58,921 nucleotides of DNA, filler included, from Nemertoderma westbladi (GCA_032718475.1; 3 parts of 3 records of this genome joined end to end with filler, not necessarily neighbours in it), one strand, 5' to 3'. Shown: positions 1 through 13,828, counted from the first letter of the whole stretch. Notes: generated by a model from the letters alone, not told the origin. Numbers and translations: made by a program.

Positions 1-333
1 AATAACCATCCTCGCTTTTGGTTATCCTTTATTATCCGGAATAGTAATGAATTTTTATTTGGTTTGGTCGTTTCTTTGTTTTCCTTGTTCTTTGGAGTCA
101 GCTTGGTCGGTGGAGGGAGTAATGACTCGGAGAACCGGTGCCGATACTAATATATCAATCCAAAAGTTCAGGAGTTCAGTTGTACAGTTGTATAGTTGTA
201 TATTTGTACAGTTGTACAGTTCCAGGAGTTCAGTTGTACAGTTGTGCAGTATATCAATAGTATATCAAAAAAGTCAAATAAATCAAAATCAAATCAAAAA
301 AAAATTGAAAAAAAATGGTTTTTTTGTTTTTAA

Positions 334-2458
334 ATTTGTTTTGTACAGTGGGTTTGTGTCTTTGGTATTTGTTTTGTACAGTGGGTTTGTGTCTTTGGTA
401 TTTGTTTTGTACAGTGGGTTTGTATCTTTGGTATTTGTTTTGTACAGTGGGTTTGTGTCTTTGGTATTTGTTTTGTACAGTGGGTTTGTGTCTTTGGTAT
501 TTGTTTTGTACAGTGGGTTTGTGTCTTTGGTATTTGTTTTGTACAGTGGGTTTGTGTCTTTGGTATTTGTTTTGTACAGTGGGTTTGTGTCTTTGGTATT
601 TGTTTTGTACAGTGGGTTTGTGTCTTTGGTATTTGTTTTGTACAGTGGGTTTGTATCTTTGGTATTTGTTTTGTACAGTGGGTTTGTGTCTTTGGTATTT
701 GTTTTGTACAGTGGGTTTGTGTCTTTGGTATTTGTTTTGTACAGTGGGTTTGTGTCTTTGGTATTTGTTTTGTACAGTGGGTTTGTGTCTTTGGTATTTG
801 TTTTGTACAGTGGGTTTGTATCTTTGGTATTTGTTTTGTACAGTGGGTTTGTGTCTTTGGTATTTGTTTTGTACAGTGGGTTTGTGTCTTTGGTATTTGT
901 TTTGTACAGTGGGTTTGTGTCTTTGGTATTTGTTTTGTACAGTGGGTTTGTGTCTTTGGTGTTTGTTTTGTACAGTGGGTTTGTATCTTTGGTATTTGTT
1001 TTGTACAGTGGGTTTGTGTCTTTGGTATTTGTTTTTTACAGTGGGTTTGTGTCTTTGGTATTTGTTTTGTACAGTGGGTTTGTGTCTTTGGTATTTGTTT
1101 TGTACAGTGGGTTTGTATCTTTGGTATTTGTTTTGTACAGTGGGTTTGTGTCTTTGGTATTTGTTTTGTACAGTGGGTTTGTATCTTTGGTATTTGTTTT
1201 GTACAGTGGGTTTGTGTCTTTGGTATTTGTTTTGTACAGTGGGTTTGTGTCTTTGGTATTTGTTTTGTACAGTGGGTTTGTATCTTTGGTATTTGTTTTG
1301 TACAGTGGGTTTGTGTCTTTGGTATTTGTTTTGTACAGTGGGTTTGTGTCTTTGGTATTTGTTTTGTACAGTGGGTTTGTATCTTTGGTATTTGTTTTGT
1401 ACAGTGGGTTTGTGTCTTTGGTATTTGTTTTGTACAGTGGGTTTGTGTCTTTGGTATTTGTTTTGTACAGTGGGTTTGTGTCTTTGGTATTTGTTTTGTA
1501 CAGTGGGTTTGTGTCTTTGGTATTTGTTTTGTACAGTGGGTTTGTATCTTTGGTATTTGTTTTGTACAGTGGGTTTGTGTCTTTGGTATTTGTTTTGTAC
1601 AGTGGGTTTGTGTCTTTGGTATTTGTTTTGTACAGTGGGTTTGTATCTTTGGTATTTGTTTTGTACAGTGGGTTTGTGTCTTTGGTATTTGTTTTGTACA
1701 GTGGGTTTGTGTCTTTGGTATTTGTTTTGTACAGTGGGTTTGTGTCTTTGGTATTTGTTTTGTACAGTGGGTTTGTATCTTTGGTATTTGTTTTGTACAG
1801 TGGGTTTGTGTCTTTGGTATTTGTTTTGTACAGTGGGTTTGTGTCTTTGGTATTTGTTTTGTACAGTGGGTTTGTGTCTTTGGTATTTGTTTTGTACAGT
1901 GGGTTTGTGTCTTTGGTATTTGTTTTGTACAGTGGGTTTGTGTCTTTGGTATTTGTTTTGTACAGTGGGTTTGTATCTTTGGTATTTGTTTTGTACAGTG
2001 GGTTTGTGTCTTTGGTATTTGTTTTGTACAGTGGGTTTGTATCTTTGGTATTTGTTTTGTACAGTGGGTTTGTGTCTTTGGTATTTGTTTTGTACAGTGG
2101 GTTTGTGTCTTTGGTATTTGTTTTGTACAGTGGGTTTGTATCTTTGGTATTTGTTTTGTACAGTGGGTTTGTGTCTTTGGTATTTGTTTTGTACAGTGGG
2201 TTTGTATCTTTGGTATTTGTTTTGTACAGTGGGTTTGTGTCTTTGGTATTTGTTTTGTACAGTGGGTTTGTGTCTTTGGTATTTGTTTTGTACAGTGGGT
2301 TTGTATCTTTGGTATTTGTTTTGTACAGTGGGTTTGTGTCTTTGGTATTTGTTTTGTACAGTGGGTTTGTGTCTTTGGTAATTGTTTTGTACAGTGGGTT
2401 TGTGTCTTTGGTATTTGTTTTGTACAGTGGGTTTGTTTCTTTGGTAATTGTTTTGTAC
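334..2458. repeat. 33-bp tandem satellite, about 64 near-identical copies
   Basis: Unit TTTGTTTTGTACAGTGGGTTTGTGTCTTTGGTA with a recurrent GTGTC/GTATC variant. It explains the 11-aa periodic ORFs on both strands. Confidence 0.97.
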
Positions 2459-2621
2459 TCACCCATATAAACGCCTCCCTTTAATACTGGTTTATTGCAA
2501 TATAGCCTTTATTTTGATCCTATTTATTATGAGCTTAAAGTTGAATGTTTACGTGGAATGTGGTTATTTTATAGTTATGTTTATGGTTGAAAGTTGAAAG
2601 CCCATGTGACCAGGGCCTATG

Positions 2622-2797
2622 TAATAACCATTTACATATTTGTGTGTAAAGTAGCACTTTACAGTGTAATGATCCGAGTGGATTTGTTACACGAACGAAC
2701 GTTAGTGAGTGAGTGTTGAAAATAAAGCCACGAAGGTCAGAACACTGTAAAGTACTTTGCAACAAGTATGTATGTAGTTTTATTCCAAAATTTTAAC
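2622..2797. mobile_element. Short palindromic interspersed repeat (MITE-like), copy 1
   Basis: Inverted arms ACTTTACAGTGT..GATCCGAGTGG / CCACGAAGGTCAGAACACTGTAAAGT around a CGAACGAACGTTAGTGAGTGAG loop. Second copy at 30106-30277. Confidence 0.7.
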
Positions 2798-4984
2798 ATT
2801 ACGAAATGATTGTACATATACATTATAAGTGATAGAAACTGCACAAAGTATATTAGTTGCTGTATAAATAAATGTAAAAATGACATAAATTATGTTATAA
2901 ATAAGTTAGCTTATATTTATCGCGGCGTTGGAGCCATGTTATAATAATATACCTAGACCCTACTGGTTATTAATAGCTACTGTATACCCCGCCTAGTAAT
3001 GCAGTAGGCCTATCTGGCTGTCAGGCAAATTTCCACCTATTGTTTACATGGTATCCAATGACGGCGTTAAGTAATGTCCCCTTAGTGGACATTACTTAAC
3101 GTCGCCATGCGTCGTCACGTAAACAATAACACCAAATACAATACTAAATGTCCAGGCCAACACAATGCTGTAATGTCCTCAAAAGTTGTAAAGTGCTAAA
3201 TAACAACTCGCTGTTAATACTAACGGCGACGCAACGTTGAGTAATGTTACAATTTTGGAATAAAATTAATAACTTATCACATATTATTGAGGGGGAATGT
3301 TTTCAATGTTTGAATAGTTGAATAATTATTTCTTTAGTGACATTAAATGTAATATCATATGGTCATGTCATATATATCCATGGTATTGTGTTGTATAACA
3401 TATGAATTCTGTTATGAATAAACAGTGTCCCAAGTCTGGACTCGATGATTTGTACATCGTACACCGTACTCGTACTGTATACCGTACTATACATCGTACT
3501 GTATCTTGGGGCCTCGATTATTTTTCATGTATATTAATGATCTTCCAAATTCATCATTACTGATACGCAACATTATTTGCAGATTAGACAAGCCTTCTTC
3601 AGTTTTCTAAAAATCCGGATTGACTTTTAAATTTGTTTGTCAAAAAGTTTTTTGTCTATTTCCAAAATAGGGAGGTGTGTGTTATTTCGTAGCACCCCCT
3701 ATTTTGGAAATAGACAAAAAACTTTTTTTATTCAATCATGTGTAGAATTTGATGGAGATTTTAAAGTTATTGTTGAACATAGAAAAATGGTATTATCTAC
3801 CATAGCGGGAAGGTTTGAATTGTTCCTTAAACTTTAAACACCCATATCTCAGAATGAGGTTTTTTCATGAAAAACGTTATTTCTCCACCAATTTTATCTG
3901 AAATGAGATGAAATTTGGTACACTTCTTGTTAAGAATTCCAATTTTAACATTCCAAATTTCAACAAATTTCAACAAAATATTGGTGGAGAAATAGACCTT
4001 GTCGCAAAAACGCAATTTTGGGGCCAATTTTAAAAATATTTGTTTTGGTTATTCTTACACAGTCCAGATGATGTTTAGTAGCACAAAAAATAGTTTCCAC
4101 CCAATTTAAGGCTCCAGAGACTCAAAAATATGAGGTTAAATTTGGGAGTGCTAGCCCCCCCCCCCCCCCTAAACGGGCTTAACATACTGTAGAACTTAAT
4201 AAAATTGGCTAAAAGATTATCATTAAATTAAAAAAAAAAACAGAATAAACAAATTTACACAAATACCAAAAATATACCACACCATTTGGGATACCATACC
4301 AAAAAATCATACACAAAAAAGCCACCAGAAGGTAAACTACTTTTTTAAAAAGTGCGTTTGTTCATTATTGTTTTTTTACTCTCTTCAGTAACCAATTAAC
4401 CAATGTCGTTCAGTAACCAATATTTTAAAACTGTTTTTAACTTCTTGTAATATATTTTTGAGTTCGCCTTAACTCTGTCTTTCAACATGATTCACTACGG
4501 TGAACACACCTAAAAGGGGGACAGATGGCAGGCTAAAGGCCGGACCGCGGCGATAGACAGGAATATCGGCAGAATGTAAAGAAGACCACACATCTAGATT
4601 TGTAAATCTTCGCCCACCGCCTAAAGGTTAGACATAAAAATTTTAGGAACAATATTGTTTGGTTTAGGCAGAACCCGTGGCACCCCTTCATACTCCTATA
4701 GGCACGCCACTACGGGTGCAGGTACACAAGTAAGGTACACTAGTAAGGTACACCTACCGTGTTCCCACCAGGTACAGGTACGCCACTCAGGTACGCTGGT
4801 GACTCATTTGGCGATAATACGGTGTCCATCATTTGTATCAAGTGTCTGTAGGCCAGTAGATCTTTATCAAATTATGACGCTCTGATCTGCCAGTCTGTAG
4901 GTCTGTTCAACTTTGTGTCTGTCTGTCCAACTGTCTGTACTTGACTAAAATGGACAGACAGACCGACAACAGACAGACTGACAG

Positions 4985-5747
4985 GTTAGTGTTTCACAGA
5001 TTAACAACGAAACACTAACAACTACACTATACAAAAAACCAACTAGCAATAAACTCCCGATTCTCTACGATACAGCTTCCATGATAAGAAATTACTACTA
5101 TCCGTAATTCGTAGCCAACTCCTACGCATCCACCGCAGATGTAGCGGGTCTAACGACTATACAAAACTCAGAGACGAATTCCTTGGCAAATGTCTACTCA
5201 GGTAGTACCCCCAGAACCTCCTTAACAAACTTAGACATTGGACTCCCCAAACTAGACCTAAAGACACCAACTCGAAACCCACATTTTACTTATCCACTAA
5301 CCAACAGATGAAGGGCGTGTTCCAAAATACTGTACGTAGATACTCCAAAAACTACGACCTTGACATCAACATTAATGTAGTCACGAAGAATCCCACATCA
5401 CTAGGACAAATACTAACCAAAAATAAAACTCAATCAAAAACACACACAAATAACACCACTAACGAGCCATGTAACTCTAGCCGCTGCCTTACATGCAAAA
5501 CTATCACTAACATACAACAGACACCATGGGATGAAAAGATAAAAAAACACTATACATGTAAGTCCTCACTGTATGTTACTTGGCCTGGTGTCACTGCCAC
5601 CCTACTCTATACTACATAGGCCAAACGAGACAGAAACTTCACGAACGCTTTAATGGACACCGCAACAACATACGACACTACCCCTCACGAGCCAATGACG
5701 GAAAAACACACGAAGACATACTCCTAGCTAGGCACATATACGGTTGT
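4985..5747 (+). pseudogene. Penelope-like retroelement, 5'-truncated: RT thumb, Cys linker and N-half of GIY-YIG endonuclease
   Basis: Manual translation across frameshifts and a stop: TTTLYKKPT..SFHDKKLLLSVIRSQLLRIHRRCS..PCNSSRCLTC..VCYLAWCHC..YYIGQTRQKLHERFNGHR..LARHIYG. Confidence 0.88.
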
Positions 5748-7740
5748 TGTTAAACAGGGGCGATCAGGAGCGCGTTATTACTGCCGCACTGCAGCACTGC
5801 TGCTAAACACAAAACTGCTTCTCACCGCTGGATGGCGCTAACCTGGCCGTTCGCTAATATATTTTACTAATTTTATACGGCTCCTGCAAATCGCTTGTTC
5901 CTTTCTCTGTTGATCGCTCAACAGAAAGCTAACTGTTCGAATCTATGAGCCACGCGGGAATAACCAAAACAATAAACCCGAATCGGCTCCCTAAGCTACT
6001 TAAAACGAGTGCGGGTGACCTAGCACTCAGAGCTCACTTATCGCAAAATACTGGAATTCACTGGCAGAACACATTGAATGTGAGAATGTTTTAAATGTTA
6101 AGGGGGATAGATCTGTTACTTTCCTAGGTGCTGAAACTTGGCCTTTGGCTGGTTTTAGACCAGCAAACTTACTACTGCTGTACTGTATACTGGACACTGC
6201 TGCCAGCCCGTTGCCCCGCTATTTTCAAATAACCGCCTAGCGTGAATAGTCTACAGTATTCTAAACAATTACTTAAACTACTCTCCGCTATGCTGCGTAC
6301 AAATTCTTATTTTATTTTATCGCTAAATTAATTACAGTCATAAATACAAATTCGCGTACTAATTACTAGATTTTCTAGAATACGTACTTCTAATTTATTA
6401 CGTACTGGGGCTTATACTAGCAACAGTCTAAATGCGGTATTATTTTGACCTAATTAGCAATTAATAAGCATAAACTAAGAAATGGAAATCAATCAAGGAA
6501 AACAGCGCCTATCTAAGCATTCACATTTAAGAATCAGGCACTCTTTAGCAACACAACACAAATAGCGTAGCAATTAGCTAGTAGTACGGCAGATAGCGCT
6601 AACTACACCAATCAGCTAGTGCACTAAATACCCGTACATTAGTACATCAGTATACCAGTATTAGTCATCCATCCAATCAGTCAGTCAGTCAGTCAGTGTA
6701 AGAACCACAGGTCACCCAAAGCCACACATGGGACTCCTAACTAAACCCAAATTCTGCCCCCCTAAAACTACTAAGTAGAGACGGAAATCTGGATCGTCAG
6801 CCCCCTAATACTGTAACAGCGGCTGGTCCCCGGTTCTCAACTGACTAACCCCGACCGCAACGGTGGCCCACCGCCAGCATCGCCCCGCTTTGGATCCTCT
6901 GCACTCCCTTCCGTCGCTTCCTAACAGTGCGCCCGCCGCGCCTACCGGTACCTTAGCCCTCCATTAGAATGAATAGCTACCGTAGCGGCGCATGCAATAA
7001 CAAACAGACTGACAGTCTAAAGAAATCCCGTGAGATTATTACATCTTAAATCACATAGGAATTAATAATCAAAAGTAGAAATCATAATTCAAGGTTGTAA
7101 TTTGCAGTAATTGATAATGAGAGATTAAGATAGACGAAAAATTAACAATTAACAAAAGGCAGAAACCAGAAACAAACTACAATACTGCCACTGGTATGAG
7201 AGATTAAGATATTAAGATGCACATACCGGAAATACAGCCAATTTATAGGTGATGCAACAGGGATGACGCAATAGTCCTCTCATTGGTTCCCCAATCCGCA
7301 ACACCATCAGACCAACCTGGAACAGCTGGGCCAATAAGGAAGCCGGATTGTGAACCTCATGGCTCCCAAATCGCAAATTATTACCATATATGGTAATGGA
7401 TCACGTCCTTGGCTGCTGAATGGTTAGGATTGCATCCCTGGATGCTGGCCCTATCAAGGCTAATAACAGCAAGCTTAAATCCAGGGTCCAACTTGCTACC
7501 CTGGAACTATCTACTTATATCCTATTACAAAATTACATAGGTAGGGCTACATACTATACAAAATGGATGAATACAAATATATGGGCATTTTATTTTCCTT
7601 ATCTAAATGTCATCGCGCATTATCATGTCTTATCTAAATAATTATACTGCATAATAACTAATATTGTGTACAGTATAACGGCTAATAATGTGTACTGCAT
7701 AATGGCTAATAATGTAAATACAGCGCCATATACCGTAACA
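5748..7740 (-). repeat. 3' LTR of BEL/Pao element
   Basis: TGTTAAAC...CCGTAACA. Matches 16317-18296 with roughly 35-40 differences counted by eye (~98%). A short purine-rich PPT-like TTGGAGCGG abuts it on the minus strand (7741-7749). Confidence 0.95.
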
Positions 7741-10351
7741 CCGCTCCAAGGGAAATCATGCAATGTTTCCCTCCAACTGTAGAAGAGTATAAGGCGATGT
7801 ATACAAAACAAAATAAATTTCCTTTCAAATTATCTAAATAACTTGGTACCATAATAATTCTACTATTTACAAATATTGCCATAGATATTGCATAATGAAT
7901 TTACATACAAATCAAATTTACAAAAAATATTATCTCTCTCAATGTTTAACGATTATTACATACAATTTAAATTTACAAAATATATTACTTTCATTTATTT
8001 ACAAATTGACGGTCTATCTATTGAAATGGAACATGGCTAGGACTATGTCCCCCATTTCCCATCTCAAATTAACGATCAACATTAACAAGATAAACTAAAT
8101 ATAAACGTATTTGAGGCTAAATGTTTAACTAAATATTATTGCATTTAAGGCTGACAATCAAATTAAATATAAAATACGTAATAATTTCTTTCATTTTCGG
8201 ACTTTACTTAATTTCTTATAAAAAACGCAAATCATCTTGGTTTGATGATTGCTCAGGTAAGTGAAAGGAGTAAGCCAAACCCGCGGGTTTGTCTCCCCAA
8301 TCACTTCCTTTGCCTCTTTCAATAAACTTTAGAGCAAATAAAGTCATATACACAAAATCAAATATAGTATAAAGTATTTACTATTTCCAACGGACTATAA
8401 AGTAAAAGTATTTCCTTTCAATATTTTTCGGCCTTCGAAAATAAAATTCTAAAATATGGATACGACTAGTGTATATGAGTCCAGTCGAATGATTGATCAA
8501 AACCTATGATATACATCAGAGCGACGATGATGTATATGTCTAGAGTATGTCGCTCCGTGATATTATAGTCTCATCGGCTAGCTCCTGGGTCTCTCGGGCT
8601 CGCTCCTCTCCTTTGTCCCCTCCCCAGATACACCAGTCTACCCCCTGTAGACTCTGTTGACGGCGTCCTTGAGGCGTCACTTCCCGGAACCGGCGTCAAT
8701 GTTCCCTGGGCACCGACTATCTCCCGACTGGTGCTCCTCCCTCGGCCCCGTCCCATTTGCCGTGTCCCTGTGGGTGCCTCCGCCAACTCCTCTTTCTTCA
8801 ACTGTAGAATGGAACTGCTCGTCCTTGGCTTGACGCTTGCCAAGGACTCCTCCTTCTGGTACTTGCCGCGAGCTGTGAGTTCCGGCTGTTGTCGCTGTGG
8901 GCGCCGCGGTCCTGATCCTCCACTCGTTCAGAGGTCAATAAACTAAACGAGTCTCCTTAGGCCGCCAATTGTGCGCTGGGTAATAAATCTAGACGTATAT
9001 ATCAGAGCGACGATGATATATAAAGGATTGGACATATTTGGGCTTAATAATGCGTGCGTCGAAACTTCCCAAAATAATTTGAAGTAAAATATTGTATAAA
9101 TCGCGGATCGTGGGTATGGTTAGTAGACGGATGGATGGCGCGAATCTCGTCTGGATACTCAGGCGTGACCTTCCTTTCCTGGTGAAGCGAAGTGAACGTG
9201 GTCCAGGAACTCGAGTCCCGTGCCGCTTCGCGCCGCGCCTCTAGGTCCTTATAGGCTCGGTATAGCGAAATGGCCGCTGCCGTCTGTATCAAACTGGGTG
9301 TCGAACAGGGTTTAATCTCCGTATACGGTAAATAGTCGTAACGGTCGGCGTAATGGGTCTCGGAGGTTGCTTTCCGCTGAAGTCAATACTGATCATCGGG
9401 TTGCTCATTGGGTAACCTCCCTCGTTGTATCTAAGGAACTGGTGAGCTTGACATCGCGTTAATATCGGTTCGGGATGTTGCTCGTCCAGTCGGTCGGGAA
9501 TTGCTAGTCTTGTTTATTCATGCATTCACCACATTTATAGAACAACTTGTATACGTTGAAACCCCTTGGCGTCGCCTCGTCCTCGCCTCAAGTCCTCCGG
9601 TAAAGATGCATCCCGTCGAATTGATCTCGGACGGCAGGTAGCGGTTCATCGTGTCGCAAATACATATATCCCAATAGTTCGTTACGCAAACCAATTATAC
9701 TGTGGGTAAATCAGTTAGATGGTGTGGAGGGACAAACTTCCCGAGCTACCCGGCCGCCTTCCAGCAGTTCAGGTTTGGCTCTCTAGATCCCGTCTCATTC
9801 CTAACTACCTTCTAACCTATTCCCATGCATAGCGCAAAAACTTCGGAGATAAACTGGCCATGACTGACTCACTTTTTGATGCCCAAACTACTCCCATTAC
9901 TTGTACTAGACTACAGTAGTTAAAAAGGACAATAGCTATGGCGTTCGACTATACCAAACCCGCAGGTTTGATAATCGAACACCTCACTCTACTGCAAACT
10001 ACTGAGTGGGGTCCGTGTACGCCTCAGGTGCTACTAACCTTTAGCACCTTGGTTGTTGTACTGTTGGCACCAATCTGTGCAAGTTACTGAACTCAATTTA
10101 CACTCCTACATAATATAGCCGTCACCATGGTTTCTAAATGCTATTTTCCAGGCTTCACAACTTTTCAAATTACTGTATATCTATAGAATAATTCTAAAAC
10201 GCATCTATACACAGCGTTTGGAATTGTCTTGGGTTCATTTCTAATTATTAAAATTTTTTAATTTTCCAAAATTTTTTGAAAATAAAATTTTTGATACCCA
10301 CCAGACAAATTCTCAACGCAAATCACCGCAATCCCGCTCCTATGCATAAAG

Positions 10352-10869
10352 AAATACTGGGAAACCGGAGTCATCTTGCACACACACCCAGACGTGCAAA
10401 ACATAATGCGCACAGTCACTGTGAAAATTAGGTGCATATGTCCGCACCCAAAGATGTGTAAAACTAATGGTTTACACACCTTGGACCGACCGGTCCAAGA
10501 TATCGTGTTATTAGAGGAGACACGCATCGAGACAGGAGATTATAATTTGTCTCCTGCCTCAAAACAAAGTTATTCGCAACTCACTTTGTATGCATTCCTC
10601 ATATGCAAATACTAGCATATGAGGAATGCATACAAAGTGAGTTGCGAATAACTTTGTTTTGAGGCAGGAGACAAATTATAATCTCCTGTCTCGATGCGTG
10701 TCTCCTCTAATAACACGATATCTTGGACCGGTCGGTCCAAGGTGTGTAAACCATTAGTTTTACACTTCTTTGGGTGCGGACATTTGCACCTAATTTTCAC
10801 AGTGACTGTGCGCATTATGTTTTGCACGTCTGGGTGTGTGTGCAAGATGACTCCGGTTTCCCAGTATTT
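10352..10869. repeat. Near-perfect inverted duplication (255-bp arms, 8-nt spacer) of the integrase C-terminus
   Basis: 10352-10606 is the reverse complement of 10615-10869 with two mismatches seen. The ORF track shows mirror peptides. Confidence 0.95.
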
Positions 10870-12600
10870 TCTCTTGATAATCGGTTCGGTTATCAATACA
10901 TAGTCTCCTCTTTGGAGGCTCCGAACCGTTTTGTACCACTTCGATCTGGTGGATATGGTGGGAAGATAATATTCTCTGTTAGCTTATTCAATCCCGCTAA
11001 CACCCCATAAAGTTAAGCCGATAAGCAATATTGGGGGCCATGAGATTGGGTAACCAATAACTCGTGTCACCCCAACAAAGTGGGAAGGAGAAGCACACAA
11101 TAAGGGTCAGGGGCCAAACCCCTAACTGAGAGAGAATAGGTGGAGTGAACGGGAACACTCCAAAAGGCGCCAACAAGGGTATCAACCAATCAGAGGGGGG
11201 AAAGGCACCGGCTGAGTACAGTAACAAGGCCACCCGTGCAATATAACCAGTTGGCAGTAATCATCTCATTCAATTATCTCAGTATCATATTGGTGCTAGT
11301 TAGGTTAGTTAGTTTAGCTAGGGAAGTACCGGGATTTTAATTACCGTCATCACCCGCCTTCCGTGTACAACAACGTATTATCTATATCTATATCTATATC
11401 TTTGTACCCAAACATTATACATGACGAACAATGCAAACTCTTTCACTCTTCACACACGGCGGGGACACGTGAATTAACAAACCGGATAAACCGGGATCCT
11501 TCCTGGATCCCGTCACATTCTCGCCAATATTCCCAGAATGTGTACGTGACAAATTGTGTCATTTTCTAGCTCTTACGACTATATAGGTCAGCACTAATGG
11601 GTTCTGATGCCGGCACAAGAAATGCTGGACTCTGCATTAGCAAATGATTTGGCGTTAATGCAACACCGTCTGGCAACATAGCTATCGGCCTCGAGTTCAG
11701 TGTATGCTCGATTTCAATGAAAGCTGTGACCAGTTCGTCGTCGGTAAGTTGTTTGTTCACAGGCAATGTCTTAGCAATAGCCTGTTTTATGGAACGAACT
11801 AAACGCTCCCAACTTCCTCCTCTCCAAGGACTTTCTGGAGTATTAAATCTCCACTCTACTCTTTGCGGCAAAAGTGCTGCAGAAATTTCTCTATTCTGCG
11901 CCGCCCTATGAGCCGCATTTAACTCGCTATTCCCTCCGACAAAGTTTGTACCCTTATCAGAGTAAAACGCCCTTACTAGTCCTCTCCTGGCCATAAATCT
12001 CTTTAAGGCCAGGAGCAGAGATTTGGTCGACATGTCTGCCACATGCTCTATATGTATGGCTCTACTAGCCATGCATGTCAGTAGCAGGCCCCCTCGCTTG
12101 TGGGTCAGCCGTCCACTCTTTGCTTCAATCGGACCAAAACAATCCACCCCCATATTTGTAAAAGGTGGGTCATATGCCTGCACTCTCGCTTCCGGGAGTT
12201 CAGCCATCTCCTGGTCCAATATTCTGGCATTCACTCTCTTGCAAACCAGACAGGCGTCGTACATAGTGCCTACTGCCCTGCTTGGCTGCAACAGAATGAA
12301 TCGCTGTCTCGCTGTCGACAAACAGTGTAACTTTCCCGCGTGATGCAATCGCTTGTGTATATCCTATAAAATCGCTCTTTGCAATTTTATTGGGTGACTA
12401 GGGATTATCACTGGGAACCGAAACTGTGAGTTTATGTCGACAGTCTGGATTCTCAATCTATGACAAATCAAGCCCTTATTGATTAATGGACTCCATTTTC
12501 TAAGGGGTTTATAGAGAACTGGTCATTGAGTCGATAATAGATAAAATTCCTTTGGGAAGGCACACATTTGATAATGCTTCAAATGTTATAATTCCGCTTG
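10612..12600 (-). pseudogene. BEL/Pao integrase (HHCC, DDE core, C-terminal DUF5641-like domain), interrupted by stops and a solo LTR
   Basis: HKRLHHAG..CLVC; GVDCFGP; SDKGTNFVGG; SPWRGGSWERLVRSIK. After removing the solo LTR the frame reads FWEYWRE-YYLPTISTRSKW..YWETG..RTVTVK..RPVQDIVLL. Confidence 0.9.
10977..11517. mobile_element. Solo LTR (541 bp) of another family nested in the integrase
   Basis: TGTTAG...GTCACA termini flanked by TTCTC on both sides (10972-10976, 11518-11522). Removing it restores the integrase frame. Confidence 0.88.
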
Positions 12601-13010
12601 ATCAATCTCATTCTCTGTCAGAGGTTGTTTCAATTTCTGAATTCGCTCAATATTAGTGCTCATTTGTTCTCCTAAATGTTTCGAATGTTTTATACAAAGG
12701 TACGAAATGTATCGGCTTAACCATGTCTTTTACAAATTGTCAGCCAAGAGGCAGACGAATTTAGTAATTTGTCATAAATACTACATGGCTCTAATGCCAG
12801 CAATGGTTGTCCGCTAATTAATGGAAGTTTCGAATCCAAACCCGCAGGTTTGGAAACCAAAGGCTCCATTGTTTCGGTCATTTTCTGTCCGTCACTTACC
12901 AACTGTGACTCTCGTGTAGTCTGGAAGGGTTGTTTTACGTCATAACTTACCCTTCCTGACCTAGTCGTCACGTAAGTCTGTAGGTCTGACAGGTCTCTGG
13001 GCCGCTCCAA

Positions 13011-13828
13011 TTACTCTTCAGGCCGCTCCAATGACTCTTCAGGCCGCTCCAATGACTTGAGTTTGGCTTTCGACTTTGACTTGGAGACTTTCTCCACTAT
13101 GACTTCTGCATCTTCTGGCATCGGATTGGTCACTATCTTTAGTCGTTCTGGCCAATGTTCCTGTGTCCTCGTTAGAAAATCAGGTCCATGCAACCAAAAC
13201 TCCTGGGACTCTTCCTGACAGAATTCCGCCGGCATTGCACCTCTCAAAGTTATGTCGGCCGGGTTCAACACTCCCGAACAATGTCTCCATTGTTCCTTCG
13301 TCGAAAAGTCGACGATCTGAGCGCGTCTGTTGGCCACAAATGTCTTTAGTGCTATATTGTCGGCCACAATGTATACTAACACTAAGAATGCATCCGTCCA
13401 ATAGAATAAGGTCAATGTCGTGTCTAACTCCTCTATTATCTGCTTACTTACCTCGACTGAAACTACTGCCGCCTGTAACTCTGCACGAGGGACAGTCATG
13501 TATTTGACCGGCATTGTCTTTGATCTAGAAGTCACAAAGGCCGTCTCAAACTTGTCCTGACTTACCTCTCGGCGAAGGTAGGCTACCATACCAAAGCCGG
13601 TGTCACTTGCGTCACTAAACATATGCAGTTTGAGATCAGCTGGAAATACCAGCTGATTCGGAAAGTAGGATCGGGGTATATCTATATTTTTCAATAGATG
13701 CAACTCGGCTTCCCACTCTCTCCACTGCTTTGCATGTATAGGGGATATTGGTTTGTCCCACTCTAAGTCGGATAACCAAATTTTCCTTATGCGCGCTTGT
13801 GCCTGTAATATTACCTGTATAGGAATTC
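13011..13828 (-). pseudogene. BEL/Pao pol fragment: Pao 'peptidase A17'/RNase H region
   Basis: IRKIWLSDLEWD..W..W..IPR; LHMFSDASDTGFG.VAYLR; TVPRAELQAA; FVANR; W.HCSGVLNPAD; WLHGPDFL. Confidence 0.92.

Noticed and set aside
47-2470. 476-807 aa ORFs on both strands, including an NPLY-repeat peptide reminiscent of integrin NPxY
   Set aside because: By-products of a stop-free 33-bp satellite; open in several frames at once, with no unique domain.
6800-6850. TAATACTG..GGTCCC resembling a twister ribozyme in the LTR
   Set aside because: Downstream conserved AAGC/GAG elements and pseudoknot partners are missing.
7420-7641. 73-aa ORF identical in both LTRs (also 17976-18197)
   Set aside because: Identity reflects LTR duplication; no recognisable domain; antisense to the element.
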